From an uncultured Planctomycetia bacterium (GTDB lineage: Bacteria > Omnitrophota > Gorgyraeia > Tantalellales > Tantalellaceae), in assembly GCA_964409365.1 (NCBI GenBank), contig CAYPCX010000008.1, forward strand, positions 265 through 64,264: a stretch of DNA of 64,000 bases, given 5' to 3'. Below, one piece after another: positions 10,057-18,813 of this stretch. The notes beneath the pieces were generated by a model. The model was not told the origin of the DNA. It searched no databases and saw only the letters and a program-made list of their open reading frames with translations. The stretch's first letter is position 1; each line of letters begins with the position of its first letter. The position numbers and the translations under genes were made by a program.

Positions 10057-10836
10057 TTATTCCCTCATCAATTCCCTGACCTTGTCCCCGATATTCTCCG
10101 CCCTCATGAACGTCTCGCCTATCAGGACGGCGTTCACCCCCAGGCTCTTCAGGAACATCACCTGTTCGTAGCTTTCTATGCCGCTCTCCGAGACTATCAC
10201 CTTCGTCTCGGGTATCAGCCGGATAAGCCGCTGCGTCGTGGATATATCCACGTCAAAATTCGTAAGGTCCCTGTTGTTGATCCCTATGATGGACGCGGGC
10301 GAGGCAAGCGCCTTCTCTATATCCTCCTCGTTGTTCACCTCTACCATAACGTCGATACCGAGTTCCTTGGCGATACCATGGTAACGACCAAGCTCATCCT
10401 GCGTGAGGATGTGCGCTATCAGGAGTATCGCGTCGGCCCCGTGCGCCCCCGCCTCGTATATCTGGTACTCATCTATTATGAAATCCTTCCTCAGAACGGG
10501 CAGCGTCACCCTTTCCTTCACTATGTCCAGGTACTCGAGTTTGCCGTCGAAGAACCGCTCGTCGGTAAGCACGCTTATGGCGCCGGCGCCCGCCGCCTGG
10601 TAAGCCAGGGCTATCCTGGCCGGGTCGAACTCCCCGGGACGTATCACTCCCCTGGAAGGAGACCTTCTTTTTATCTCCGCTATGAGATTTATATGGCCTT
10701 TGCGGGAAATGTTCCTTTTGAACGCGCTCCTGATGGCCTGGGCTTCCGCCTTCTGTTTGAGCTCGTTCAAAGGGGCTTCCCTGCGGGCCTGTTCGACCTC
10801 GCGCTTTTTTTCCTCCACTATTTTTCCCAATATCAC
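10057..10836 (-). CDS. trpC: Indole-3-glycerol phosphate synthase
   Basis: MILGKIVEEKKREVEQ...INLIAEIKRRSPSRG...LIGETFMRAENIGDKVREL. 259 aa. ATGA overlap with the trpD stop. Confidence 0.9.
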   Translation of the reverse strand: MILGKIVEEKKREVEQARREAPLNELKQKAEAQAIRSAFKRNISRKGHINLIAEIKRRSPSRGVIRPGEFDPARIALAYQAAGAGAISVLTDERFFDGKLEYLDIVKERVTLPVLRKDFIIDEYQIYEAGAHGADAILLIAHILTQDELGRYHGIAKELGIDVMVEVNNEEDIEKALASPASIIGINNRDLTNFDVDISTTQRLIRLIPETKVIVSESGIESYEQVMFLKSLGVNAVLIGETFMRAENIGDKVRELMRE

Positions 10837-11867
10837 TTGTTTTTTCCCTTCCCTTTCGTGATCCTGATCAACTGGTCGAGCTTTCGCATGGCGCTGCCGG
10901 AATCGATCGACCGCGCCGCCAGCCTCACGCCTTCTTTAAAGCCGCGCGCCTTACCCGCGGCAACAAGGGCGACAGCCGAATTCATCAGCACGACATCCCG
11001 TTTCGCCCCTTTCCTGCCGGAAAGGACCCCGCGGACCATAGCGGCGTTCCCCCTGACCGTGCCTCCCTTTATGGCCTTCAGTGAGGCCTTTTTCACACCG
11101 AACGTCGCGGGAGAGACGTTGTAGGTAGTGACCCTTCCTCCCTTGAGCTCGCTGATCCTGGTCTTGCCGACCACCGAGACCTCATCAAGCGGGCCGTCGC
11201 CGTGCACCACGAACGCGCGTCTGGATCCCAGTCTTTTGAGGACCCTGGCCAGTATTTCCGTCAGTCCCGGGTCATATACGCCCAGCACCTGGTACTTAGC
11301 CGACGCCGGGTTGCACAAGGGGCCCAGGATATTGAATATCGTCCTTATGCCTATCTCCCTGCGCGGACCGATGGCGTAACGCATCGCCCCGTGATAAAGC
11401 GGCGCGAAAAGGAACCCTATCCCTACTTTGTTGACGCATCTCTCGGTCGCTTTCACGGGCGTATCAAGTTTCACGCCGAGCTCCTCAAGCACGTCGGCGC
11501 TCCCGCAATGGCTGGAGACGCCCCTGTTGCCGTGCTTTGCCACCTTGACCCCGCAGCCGGCCACGACAAAAGCCGCGGTCGTGGAAACGTTGAAAACCTT
11601 CGTCCCGGTACCGCCCGTCCCGCAGGTATCAAGAACGGAGGCCGACCTGCCGGATACCTTTATCTTCGCGGCCTTTTCACGCATGACCTTCGCGGCACCC
11701 GTTATCTCGTCCACCGTCTCCCCCTTCATACGCAGGGCGGTTATGAAAGCCCCTATCTGAGAAGGGGCGGCTTTTCCGCCCATTATCTCGTTAAAAACGG
11801 AACGGGTCTCGTTCTCGGTAAGGTCTTCAAACCCGACTACTTTACTGATCGCTTTCTTTATTTTCAT
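10833..11867 (-). CDS. trpD: Anthranilate phosphoribosyltransferase
   Basis: DTCGTGGTGTKVFNVSTTAAFVVAGCGVKVAKHGNR, the glycine-rich PRPP-binding signature. 344 aa. Confidence 0.9.
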   Translation of the reverse strand: MKIKKAISKVVGFEDLTENETRSVFNEIMGGKAAPSQIGAFITALRMKGETVDEITGAAKVMREKAAKIKVSGRSASVLDTCGTGGTGTKVFNVSTTAAFVVAGCGVKVAKHGNRGVSSHCGSADVLEELGVKLDTPVKATERCVNKVGIGFLFAPLYHGAMRYAIGPRREIGIRTIFNILGPLCNPASAKYQVLGVYDPGLTEILARVLKRLGSRRAFVVHGDGPLDEVSVVGKTRISELKGGRVTTYNVSPATFGVKKASLKAIKGGTVRGNAAMVRGVLSGRKGAKRDVVLMNSAVALVAAGKARGFKEGVRLAARSIDSGSAMRKLDQLIRITKGKGKNK

Positions 11868-11876
11868 GTTCCCCCG

Positions 11877-12446
11877 TCAATTTATCCCAATAAAGTTCCT
11901 GAGAAGGTTCATTCCTTCTTCCGTCAGTATGGACTCGGGATGGAACTGCACGCCCCATACGGGCCTGTTCACATGCTTCACTCCCATTATCTCTTCCTCG
12001 TCTTCCGTCCATGCCACCATCTTCAGCGGCTCCTTCAGCGATCCCGGCTCGATGATAAGCGAATGGTACCTCGTGGCCGTGAACGGTGACGGGACTCCCT
12101 TGAAAATACCTTCGCCGGTATGCGCCACCGGGCTCACCTTGCCGTGCATTATCCTTGACCCCCTTACGACCTTTGCCCCGTAAACTTCCGCTATACACTG
12201 GTGGCCCAGGCAAACACCGAGTATAGGCACCCTGTCGGCGAAGACCCGTATCACTTCTTTCGATATGCCGGCATCACCGGGCCTGCCGGGACCCGGCGAT
12301 ATGACTATTCTTTCAGGCGAAAGCTTCTCTATCTCTTTTAGGGTGATCTTGTCGTTGCGGTAGACCTCTAACCTTTCGCCAAGCTCTCCCAGATACTGGA
12401 CGAGGTTATACGTGAACGAATCGTAGTTGTCGATCACAAGTATCAT
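11877..12446 (-). CDS. trpG: Anthranilate synthase component II (glutamine amidotransferase)
   Basis: MILVIDNYDSFTYNLVQYLGELG...GVCLGHQCI...HPES, a class-I GATase triad. The start is at the internal ATG 12446, which overlaps the trpE stop (ATGA). The 54-codon upstream extension of the raw ORF lies inside trpE and was rejected. Confidence 0.85.
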   Translation of the reverse strand: MILVIDNYDSFTYNLVQYLGELGERLEVYRNDKITLKEIEKLSPERIVISPGPGRPGDAGISKEVIRVFADRVPILGVCLGHQCIAEVYGAKVVRGSRIMHGKVSPVAHTGEGIFKGVPSPFTATRYHSLIIEPGSLKEPLKMVAWTEDEEEIMGVKHVNRPVWGVQFHPESILTEEGMNLLRNFIGIN

Positions 12447-13921
12447 CCGAGACCTTCCTCGGCGAACTCTATCGCTTTTATCATGGCCATCGCCTTGTTC
12501 ATGGTCTCCTGGTACTCCCTTACGGGGTCGGAATCGAGAACTATTCCGGCGCCCGCCTGGATGTACGCCGTGTCGCCGCACATGACTATAGTCCTTATCG
12601 TTATGCACAGGTCGATGTTCCTGGAAAAACTGAAATACCCGACGCTGCCGGCGTAAGGGCCCCGTCTTATGTTCTCCAGCTCGTCGATTATTTCCATCGC
12701 CCTGACCTTCGGGGCGCCCGTCACGGTACCGGCCGGGAACGTCGCCCTTACCAGGTCGAAAACGTCCTTATCTTCTCTCAGTTTGCCCACGACATCGCTC
12801 ACTATGTGCATGACGTGCGAATACCTCTCGATCCTCATGACCTCCCGCGGCTTTACGCTTGAATATTCGCACACCCTGCCGATGTCGTTCCGGCCCAGGT
12901 CGAGGAGCATTATATGCTCGGCCCTTTCCTTCGGGTCGGCCAGAAGCTCTTTCTCGAGCCGCAGGTCTTCTTCCTCGTCCTCGCCGCGCGGGCGCGTGCC
13001 CGCTATAGGCCTTACCTCGACAAGCCCGTCCTCGCACCTGACAAGTATCTCGGGGGACGACCCGATCAGCCGGTACTCGCCGAGCTTCAGGTAGAACATG
13101 TAAGGCGACGGGTTGATGGACCTGAGAGCCCTGTATATCGAGAAAGCGTCCGCTTTCGTCCGCCTTTTCAGCCTCTGCGAAAGGACGGTCTGGATAATAT
13201 CGCCCGCCCGTATATATTCTTTCGCGGCCTCTACTATCTTGCCGAACCCTTTCTCCGTGAAATTGGATTCGATCTCCGTTGACTTCGCGTTAGGCGGCGT
13301 TTCCCCGCCGCCCGCTTCCTTCCTTTGCAGCTTATCGATTATATTATCTATTTTCGCGCAGGCCTTGTCGTAAGCCTCTCGCGGGTCGTCTTTCTCCACG
13401 AGGGAATTCGAGACGACTTTTATCTTATGGTCGACATGGTCGAAAATAAGGATAGTGTCCGTGAACATGAACTGCATGTCGGGTATATCGAAATCGTCGC
13501 GGTTCTCATCCGGTATATCCTCGATGAACCGGACCATGTCATAGCCCATGTAACCGACCAGCCCCCCGCAGAACCTCGGCAGCCCTTTTACGCTGACGTA
13601 ACGGAACCTGTCCATGAACTTCTTGATCTCGCCTATGGGGTCTTCCCCGGCCTTGTAGGAATCCACTTTATCGCCGCGCCTCACGCTGATATTGTTCCCC
13701 TTGCTCTCGAACACGACGGCCGGTTTGCTGCCGAGGAAAGAATAACGGGCCATGTTCTCGCCCCCCTCGACGGACTCGAGCAGATAGCTGAAGTTCCCCT
13801 CGTCTATCTTCATGAAGGCCGAAAGCGGCGTCTCGAAGTCCGCGAGAAGCTCCCTGTAGACCGGGATCACGTTACCCTTCTTCGCAAGCTCTATGAATTT
13901 TTCCTTATCCGGATAATACAT
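12443..13921 (-). CDS. trpE: Anthranilate synthase component I
   Basis: The 492-aa ORF has the chorismate-binding enzyme C-terminal core (GTRPRG...AGTVTGAPKVRAMEII...RGPYAGSVGYF...GAGIV). Confidence 0.9.
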   Translation of the reverse strand: MYYPDKEKFIELAKKGNVIPVYRELLADFETPLSAFMKIDEGNFSYLLESVEGGENMARYSFLGSKPAVVFESKGNNISVRRGDKVDSYKAGEDPIGEIKKFMDRFRYVSVKGLPRFCGGLVGYMGYDMVRFIEDIPDENRDDFDIPDMQFMFTDTILIFDHVDHKIKVVSNSLVEKDDPREAYDKACAKIDNIIDKLQRKEAGGGETPPNAKSTEIESNFTEKGFGKIVEAAKEYIRAGDIIQTVLSQRLKRRTKADAFSIYRALRSINPSPYMFYLKLGEYRLIGSSPEILVRCEDGLVEVRPIAGTRPRGEDEEEDLRLEKELLADPKERAEHIMLLDLGRNDIGRVCEYSSVKPREVMRIERYSHVMHIVSDVVGKLREDKDVFDLVRATFPAGTVTGAPKVRAMEIIDELENIRRGPYAGSVGYFSFSRNIDLCITIRTIVMCGDTAYIQAGAGIVLDSDPVREYQETMNKAMAMIKAIEFAEEGLG

Positions 13922-13969
13922 CCCTCTTCCCTTTTTCCTTGTTACTTTTTCCTTTTTCCTTGTTACTTT
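13922..13969 (-). repeat. 21-bp tandem duplication (three heptamer phases: AAAAAGT-AACAAGG-AAAAAGG, x2) upstream of trpE
   Basis: Plus strand cctttttccttgttactttttcctttttccttgttacttttt. Confidence 0.8.
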
Positions 13970-14362
13970 TTACTTGTCACTTTTTTTATATACGTCTTTC
14001 GGGTCGAATACCCGTTCCTCTTCGATAACGAACTCTCCGCTTTTGCCCATCTTCCTGAAATAACAGCTGAAGTATCCCTCGTGACAGGCCGCGCGCTCCT
14101 GCTTGACCCTGAAAAGAACGGAATTGTCGGCGCAGTCTATGAACACTTCCTTCACTGTCTGAACGCATCCGGAAGTCTCCCCCTTCAGCATGACGCGCCC
14201 CTTCGAGCGGCGGAAGACGTATATCTTCCCTTCGGCAAGCGTCTTCTCCAGAGCCTCCCTGTCCATGTAACATAAGGTAAGCACGCGAGAAGAATCCGCG
14301 TCCTGTATGACAGCGGGCACCAATCCCTTTTCGTCAAAATTGAGCGTATCCACGAACGACAT
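13970..14362 (-). CDS. hisI: Phosphoribosyl-AMP cyclohydrolase
   Basis: The 130-aa ORF has GLVPAVIQD...[14 protein letters not shown]...[10 protein letters not shown]. It is monofunctional HisI with no fused HisE part. Confidence 0.85.
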   Translation of the reverse strand: MSFVDTLNFDEKGLVPAVIQDADSSRVLTLCYMDREALEKTLAEGKIYVFRRSKGRVMLKGETSGCVQTVKEVFIDCADNSVLFRVKQERAACHEGYFSCYFRKMGKSGEFVIEEERVFDPKDVYKKSDK

Positions 14363-14365
14363 ATC

Positions 14366-15124
14366 TTACTCCCTTATTGTTACACCCTTCTTCTTCAAGT
14401 ATCTTTTTACTTCCGCGATCGTGAACTCTTTGAAATGGAAAACAGACGCGGCCAGGGCCGCATCCGCCTTACCGTCGGTGAGCGCCTCTAAAAAATGCTC
14501 CAGCGTCCCGCACCCGCCCGAAGCTATAACGGGTATACGCACCGCCTCGCTTACCGCCCGCGTGAGTTCCACGTCGTATCCGTCTTTCGTGCCGTCGCGG
14601 TCCATGCTCGTAAGCAGGATCTCGCCGGCGCCCAGGCTCTCGGCCTTCCGGGCCCACTCCAGGGCGTCTATCCCGGTCGCGTCGCGGCCGCCCCTGACGT
14701 AGACCTCCCAGCTGCCGCCGGCCCTTCTTTTGGCGTCTATCGCGACCACTATGCACTGCGAACCGAACCTCGTGCTCGCTTCGCTTATGAGATCCGGCCT
14801 TTCCACGGCGGAGGTGTTGATAGAGACCTTGTCACAGCCCGCATTCAGGAGCTGGCGTATATCCTCGTTGGAGGATATGCCTCCTCCCACCGTGAACGGC
14901 ATGAACACCTGCTCCGCCACCCTGGCCACGACGTCCACCATCGTCTTCCTTTTCTCGTGGCTCGCCGTGATGTCCAGGAACACCAGCTCGTCGGCGCCTT
15001 CGTCGTTGTACACCTTGGCGTTCTCGACGGGGTCGCCGGCGTCGCGGAGGTTCACGAAATTGACCCCCTTGACGACACGGCCGTCCTTGACGTCAAGACA
15101 CGGTATTATCCGCTTTGCCAGCAT
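14366..15124 (-). CDS. hisF: Imidazole glycerol phosphate synthase cyclase subunit
   Basis: [20 protein letters not shown]...[11 protein letters not shown]...[12 protein letters not shown]. 252 aa. Confidence 0.95.
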   Translation of the reverse strand: MLAKRIIPCLDVKDGRVVKGVNFVNLRDAGDPVENAKVYNDEGADELVFLDITASHEKRKTMVDVVARVAEQVFMPFTVGGGISSNEDIRQLLNAGCDKVSINTSAVERPDLISEASTRFGSQCIVVAIDAKRRAGGSWEVYVRGGRDATGIDALEWARKAESLGAGEILLTSMDRDGTKDGYDVELTRAVSEAVRIPVIASGGCGTLEHFLEALTDGKADAALAASVFHFKEFTIAEVKRYLKKKGVTIRE

Positions 15125-15833
15125 CTATCGCCTCCTTGAGATCGATCGTGCCCTCGTAAAGCGCGCGGCCTATTATGACGCCCGTAAGGCCCTTGTCCTC
15201 CAGCCTTTTCAGCTGGCGGATGTGGTCCAGCGTCTTTATCCCGCCCGCGGCGACAAGCTTGATCTTGACCTCGTCCAGGATCCTCTCTATATTCTCCACG
15301 GCTGGCCCCGTAAGCATGCCGTCCCTCTCGATATCCGTGTAGATTATCTCCTTGGCGCCGAACTTCACGAACCTGCTCAGTATATGAAAAAAATCATGGT
15401 GCGCGGCCTCTTCCCAGCCCTGCACGCGGGGGATGAAATCCTTGGCGTCAACGCTGAGTATGACCCTCTCCCGGAAATTCTGGACGCAGTCCCTCGCGAA
15501 ATCTATTTCCTGGAAAGCCTTGGACCCCACTATGACCCTCCACGCGCCGTGATCAAGGGCGTCCTTTATGTCTATCTCCCTGCGGTATCCTCCGCCCACT
15601 TCGACCGGTATGTTGACCGCTTTTGTTATTTCCCTTAGAACGGAGACGTTCACGGGCTTGCCCTCTTTCGCCCCGTCAAGGTCCACCACATGCAGTATTT
15701 CCGCGCCGGCGCTCTCCCATCGCCTGGCGGCATCGACCGGTTCTATGTCATACTTAAGTTCCCGGTCGAACCTTCCCTGTTCGAGCCTGACGGTCTTTCC
15801 GTTGATTATATCCACAGCCGGTATCACTTTCAT
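15093..15833 (-). CDS. hisA: ProFAR isomerase
   Basis: [20 protein letters not shown]...[16 protein letters not shown]...[11 protein letters not shown]. The 3' end overlaps hisF by 32 nt. Confidence 0.9.
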   Translation of the reverse strand: MKVIPAVDIINGKTVRLEQGRFDRELKYDIEPVDAARRWESAGAEILHVVDLDGAKEGKPVNVSVLREITKAVNIPVEVGGGYRREIDIKDALDHGAWRVIVGSKAFQEIDFARDCVQNFRERVILSVDAKDFIPRVQGWEEAAHHDFFHILSRFVKFGAKEIIYTDIERDGMLTGPAVENIERILDEVKIKLVAAGGIKTLDHIRQLKRLEDKGLTGVIIGRALYEGTIDLKEAIDAGKADNTVS

Positions 15834-15864
15834 ATCTTTACACTACTCCTTTTACCGTTACGGT

Positions 15865-16473
15865 TCAAAGTTCCGTGAAATTCCGCAAAAGCTTTATGCC
15901 GTTCTCCTGCGACCTCTCCGGGTGGAACTGTACGGCATAGATGTCGTCTTTCCAGAGCGCCGACGTGTAAGGGACGCCGTATTCGGTCCGGCCCGCCGTG
16001 CACTCGTCCTCCTCCGATATACAGTAGTACGAGTGAACGAAATAAAAATAACTTTCGTCCCCGATGCCCCTGAAGATCGGACAGTCATCCCTCATAAGCT
16101 TGACCGTATTCCACCCTATCTGAGGCACCTTGAACTTCGGGGTGGCGGGAAAAAGCTTCACTTCTCCGTCGATCAGGCCGAAACATTCGCATCCGCCGCT
16201 CTCCGCGCTCCGCTCGAAAAGGAGCTGAAGACCCAGACAGATGCCCAGAAAAGGTTTTCCCTTGTCTATGCCCTCCATGATCGGCTCAATGAGCCCCCTT
16301 TTTTCGAGGCCTTCCATCGCGTCCCTGGACGAACCGACCCCGGGAAGGACTAGTTTTTCCGCCTTCTCCAGGGACGCCGTGTCCTCGCAAACCTCGACGT
16401 CCTGCCCCAGATAACGGAAAGCGTTGTACACGCTGCGCAGGTTCCCCGAACCGTAATCGATAATTCCGATCAT
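15865..16473 (-). CDS. hisH: Imidazole glycerol phosphate synthase glutamine amidotransferase subunit
   Basis: MIGIIDYGSGNLRSV...GICLGLQLL...HSYY...VQFHPERS. 202 aa. Confidence 0.9.
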   Translation of the reverse strand: MIGIIDYGSGNLRSVYNAFRYLGQDVEVCEDTASLEKAEKLVLPGVGSSRDAMEGLEKRGLIEPIMEGIDKGKPFLGICLGLQLLFERSAESGGCECFGLIDGEVKLFPATPKFKVPQIGWNTVKLMRDDCPIFRGIGDESYFYFVHSYYCISEEDECTAGRTEYGVPYTSALWKDDIYAVQFHPERSQENGIKLLRNFTEL

Positions 16474-16506
16474 AATAGTTATGAGTTATGAGTTTTTAGT
16501 TTTTAG
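16474..16506 (+). repeat. Tandem heptamer tract AGTTATG-AGTTATG-AGTTTTT-AGTTTTT on the 3' side of the four-helix-bundle gene
   Basis: Direct reading of the intergenic sequence aatagttatgagttatgagtttttagtttttag. It is inverted relative to the AGTTNTT tract at 16870-16913. Confidence 0.8.
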
Positions 16507-16857
16507 CTACTTTAGTGATCGCTTTAAACCGCTTAACATTTTCGATATTTCAACCAACGTATCTTTAAAGTCATTAAATTTAGACTCACATATATATTGT
16601 TGATTAAAAGAAACCTCAAGAATCGCTGCACACTCAAAAACAGAACCTCTTGCTATGTCGAGAAAACGTTTAAATTCTTTACTTGCTCTTGACGATCCCT
16701 CAGCGATGTTTAGCAAAATAGACACAGCGGCTCTTCTCAACTGCTGCGTCAGGCCAAACAATTCCTCTTTTGGAAAATCCCTGGTTAGCAAATAAATATT
16801 ATCTACTAAATCGCTTGTTTTCCTATATATGTCTAATTTTTCAAAAGTGAACTTCAT
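16507..16857 (-). CDS. Four-helix-bundle protein of the 23S rRNA intervening-sequence protein family (TIGR02436-like, Avd-like fold), inserted between hisH and hisB
   Basis: MKFTFEKLDIYRKTSDLVDNIYLLTRDFPKEELFGLTQQLRRAAVSILLNIAEGSSR...FLDIARGSVFECAAILEV, the characteristic family motifs. It is markedly AT-rich (about 37% GC versus about 57% for neighbours). The start was chosen at ATG 16857. The ORF track begins 4 codons upstream at a TTG. Confidence 0.75.
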   Translation of the reverse strand: MKFTFEKLDIYRKTSDLVDNIYLLTRDFPKEELFGLTQQLRRAAVSILLNIAEGSSRASKEFKRFLDIARGSVFECAAILEVSFNQQYICESKFNDFKDTLVEISKMLSGLKRSLK

Positions 16858-16869
16858 TTCCCAACCCAA

Positions 16870-16913
16870 AACTAACAGCTAACAACCAAGAACTAATAAC
16901 TAATAACTAACAA
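16870..16913 (-). repeat. Tandem heptamer tract (minus-strand reading AGTTGTT-AGTTATT-AGTTATT-AGTTCTT-GGTTGTT-AGCTGTT) on the 5' side of the four-helix-bundle gene
   Basis: Plus strand actaacagctaacaaccaagaactaataactaataactaacaact. Together with 16474-16506 it forms imperfect terminal inverted repeats around the AT-rich gene. Confidence 0.8.
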
Positions 16914-17552
16914 CTACAATATCCCCTTGCTCGAAGGCACTTCACCCGTCCTGCGCGGGTCGAGACGCGTAGCCCTGTCCAAAGCCACGCCAAGCGCCTT
17001 GAAGACCGCCTCCAGAAAGTGGTGCATGTCCCCTTCGCCCGCTATTTCGATGTGAAGGTTCATGCGTATGTTCTTGGCGAAACTCTCAAGAAGGTCCTTC
17101 GCCAGGTCTATCGAATACCCTTCCTTGGCTTCCACCGATATCGGATAACCGGTCGAGGTCTTCTCGCTGAAACTGAAAGCGTCCCTGTTAGAGACATCCA
17201 CAAGGACCTTCGCGCTGGCCATGTCCATCGGCACCTCGGCCGAGGCCATACGGGTTATGCCTTTGCAATCGCCCAGCGCTTTCTTGAACGCCTCTCCCAG
17301 GGCTATGCCGATATCCTCGTTCAGGTGATGCCTGTCCACGTGTGTATCGCCTTCCGCCTTTATCTTGATATCAAAATACCCGTGATAGGTAAAAAGCGTC
17401 AGCATGTGGTCGAGGAAACCGATCGAGGTCGAAATGTCACTCTGGCCCGTACCATCGATGTTCAGCAAAGGTATCTCGATCCGGGTCTCCTTGGACTTCC
17501 TTTCATAACTCGTTTTTCTTGCCGCTGTTTGCTTTTTCTCAAAAATAGCCAT
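16914..17552 (-). CDS. hisB: Imidazoleglycerol-phosphate dehydratase
   Basis: RKSKETRIEIPLLNIDGTGQSDISTSIGFLDHMLTLFTYHG...DTHVDRHHLNEDIGIALG, the IGPD metal-binding histidine motifs. A GGAGGCGG RBS precedes the ATG. Confidence 0.9.
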   Translation of the reverse strand: MAIFEKKQTAARKTSYERKSKETRIEIPLLNIDGTGQSDISTSIGFLDHMLTLFTYHGYFDIKIKAEGDTHVDRHHLNEDIGIALGEAFKKALGDCKGITRMASAEVPMDMASAKVLVDVSNRDAFSFSEKTSTGYPISVEAKEGYSIDLAKDLLESFAKNIRMNLHIEIAGEGDMHHFLEAVFKALGVALDRATRLDPRRTGEVPSSKGIL

Positions 17553-17588
17553 ACCGCCTCCATGTCAACCTGTTACCTGTTACCTGAA
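17553..17588 (-). repeat. Heptamer repeats (minus strand GTTCAGG-TAACAGG-TAACAGG) upstream of the hisB RBS
   Basis: Plus strand cctgttacctgttacctgaac. Confidence 0.75.
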
Positions 17589-18812
17589 CTATTCACATCT
17601 TACTTTAACGGAATCCCAGTGGTGTTCCATCTTCTCCAGTCCCGCCATCTCTTTCACCCACTCGGCCGAATTGCAAAGCGCCTTGCGGGAATAAGAAATG
17701 ACATGCGAGCTTTTGAAAAAATCCCTCAAATTCAGACCCGATGAATAACGCGCCGTCCCTCCTGTCGGCAGCACGTGGCTCGGCCCCGCGATATAATCGC
17801 CTATCGCCACCGGCGTGTACTGGCCGAGGAATATCGCCCCGGCATTCGTTATGTGCTTCAGCACCCTGTTCGGCGACTTCACCATGAGCTGCAGGTGTTC
17901 CGGGGCTATCATGTTCGATACCCTCGCCGCCTCCTCGAGGTTCTTCACCTTGATGATATAACCCTTGATGTCCGGGTCCCTGTAAAGGGCGTCGAACACT
18001 TTTTTAGAGGGCGTTACCAGCACCGACAGGCCCTTGTGGTGTTCCGCCTGCGCCATCAGGTCCCTCTTGAGGTAATCAAGGTTCGCATGATGGTTGGCGA
18101 TAACAAGCACCTCGCTCGGCCCCGCCAGCATGTCTATGTCGCAGTACCCGAAGACCTGCCGTTTCGCCTCGGTAACATACTCGTTGCCGGGACCGACTAT
18201 CTTGTCCACCTTCGGTATGGTCTTCGTCCCGAACGCGAGGGCGGCTACCGCCTGGGCGCCGCCTACTTTGTATATCTCGTCGACCTTCAGGAGGTTAGCC
18301 ACGACCAGTATATGCGGATCTATACTCTGGTACTTGTTGGGCGGAGAGACCATGACGATCTTTTTCACCCCCGCGATCCTGGCGGGCAGGACGGTCATGT
18401 ACACGCTGGAAGCCAGCGGGGCCGTCCCGCTGGGGACGTACACTCCCACTTTCTCTATCGGCTCGAACTTCTCCCCGAGCAATATGCCCGACTCATGCCT
18501 GATAGACCAGGACTTCGGTATCTGGTTCTTGTAGAACTTGTTGATGTTCCTGATTATCTCCTTCAGCGTGTTGACCATCTGGGGGCTCATGTCCTGGTAC
18601 GCCCCGCTTATCTCGGCTTCGGTCACCCGCAGGTCCTTCCTCTTCATGTTCACCCTGTCGAACCTGCCGGTATACCGTATAACGGCGTTGTCCCCTTCTT
18701 CCCGGACCTTCCCGATTATCGTGGCTACTTTCTTCTGCAGGCGTGCCCCGCCCTGTCCCCTGCGGTCCACCATGTTCTCGAACACCCTGCTGCCGACTAT
18801 CAAACGTTTCAT
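17589..18812 (-). CDS. hisD: Histidinol dehydrogenase
   Basis: The 407-aa ORF has the HDH family core (VGVYVPSGTAPLASSV...AGPSEVLVIA...AQAEHHKG...IAPEHLQL). The start is 1 nt after the alaS stop. Confidence 0.9.
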   Translation of the reverse strand: MKRLIVGSRVFENMVDRRGQGGARLQKKVATIIGKVREEGDNAVIRYTGRFDRVNMKRKDLRVTEAEISGAYQDMSPQMVNTLKEIIRNINKFYKNQIPKSWSIRHESGILLGEKFEPIEKVGVYVPSGTAPLASSVYMTVLPARIAGVKKIVMVSPPNKYQSIDPHILVVANLLKVDEIYKVGGAQAVAALAFGTKTIPKVDKIVGPGNEYVTEAKRQVFGYCDIDMLAGPSEVLVIANHHANLDYLKRDLMAQAEHHKGLSVLVTPSKKVFDALYRDPDIKGYIIKVKNLEEAARVSNMIAPEHLQLMVKSPNRVLKHITNAGAIFLGQYTPVAIGDYIAGPSHVLPTGGTARYSSGLNLRDFFKSSHVISYSRKALCNSAEWVKEMAGLEKMEHHWDSVKVRCE

Positions 18813-18813
18813 A

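Noticed and set aside
11877-12608. 243-aa version of the trpG ORF with a 54-codon N-terminal extension
   Set aside because: The extension lies within trpE coding sequence and is Arg/Gly/His-rich with no GATase similarity. The conserved MILVIDNYDSFT start coincides with the ATGA overlap at the trpE stop.
16507-16857. Four-helix-bundle gene considered as a DGR accessory (Avd) gene
   Set aside because: No reverse transcriptase and no template/variable repeat pair are present in the window. The family is also common as standalone or IVS-associated genes.
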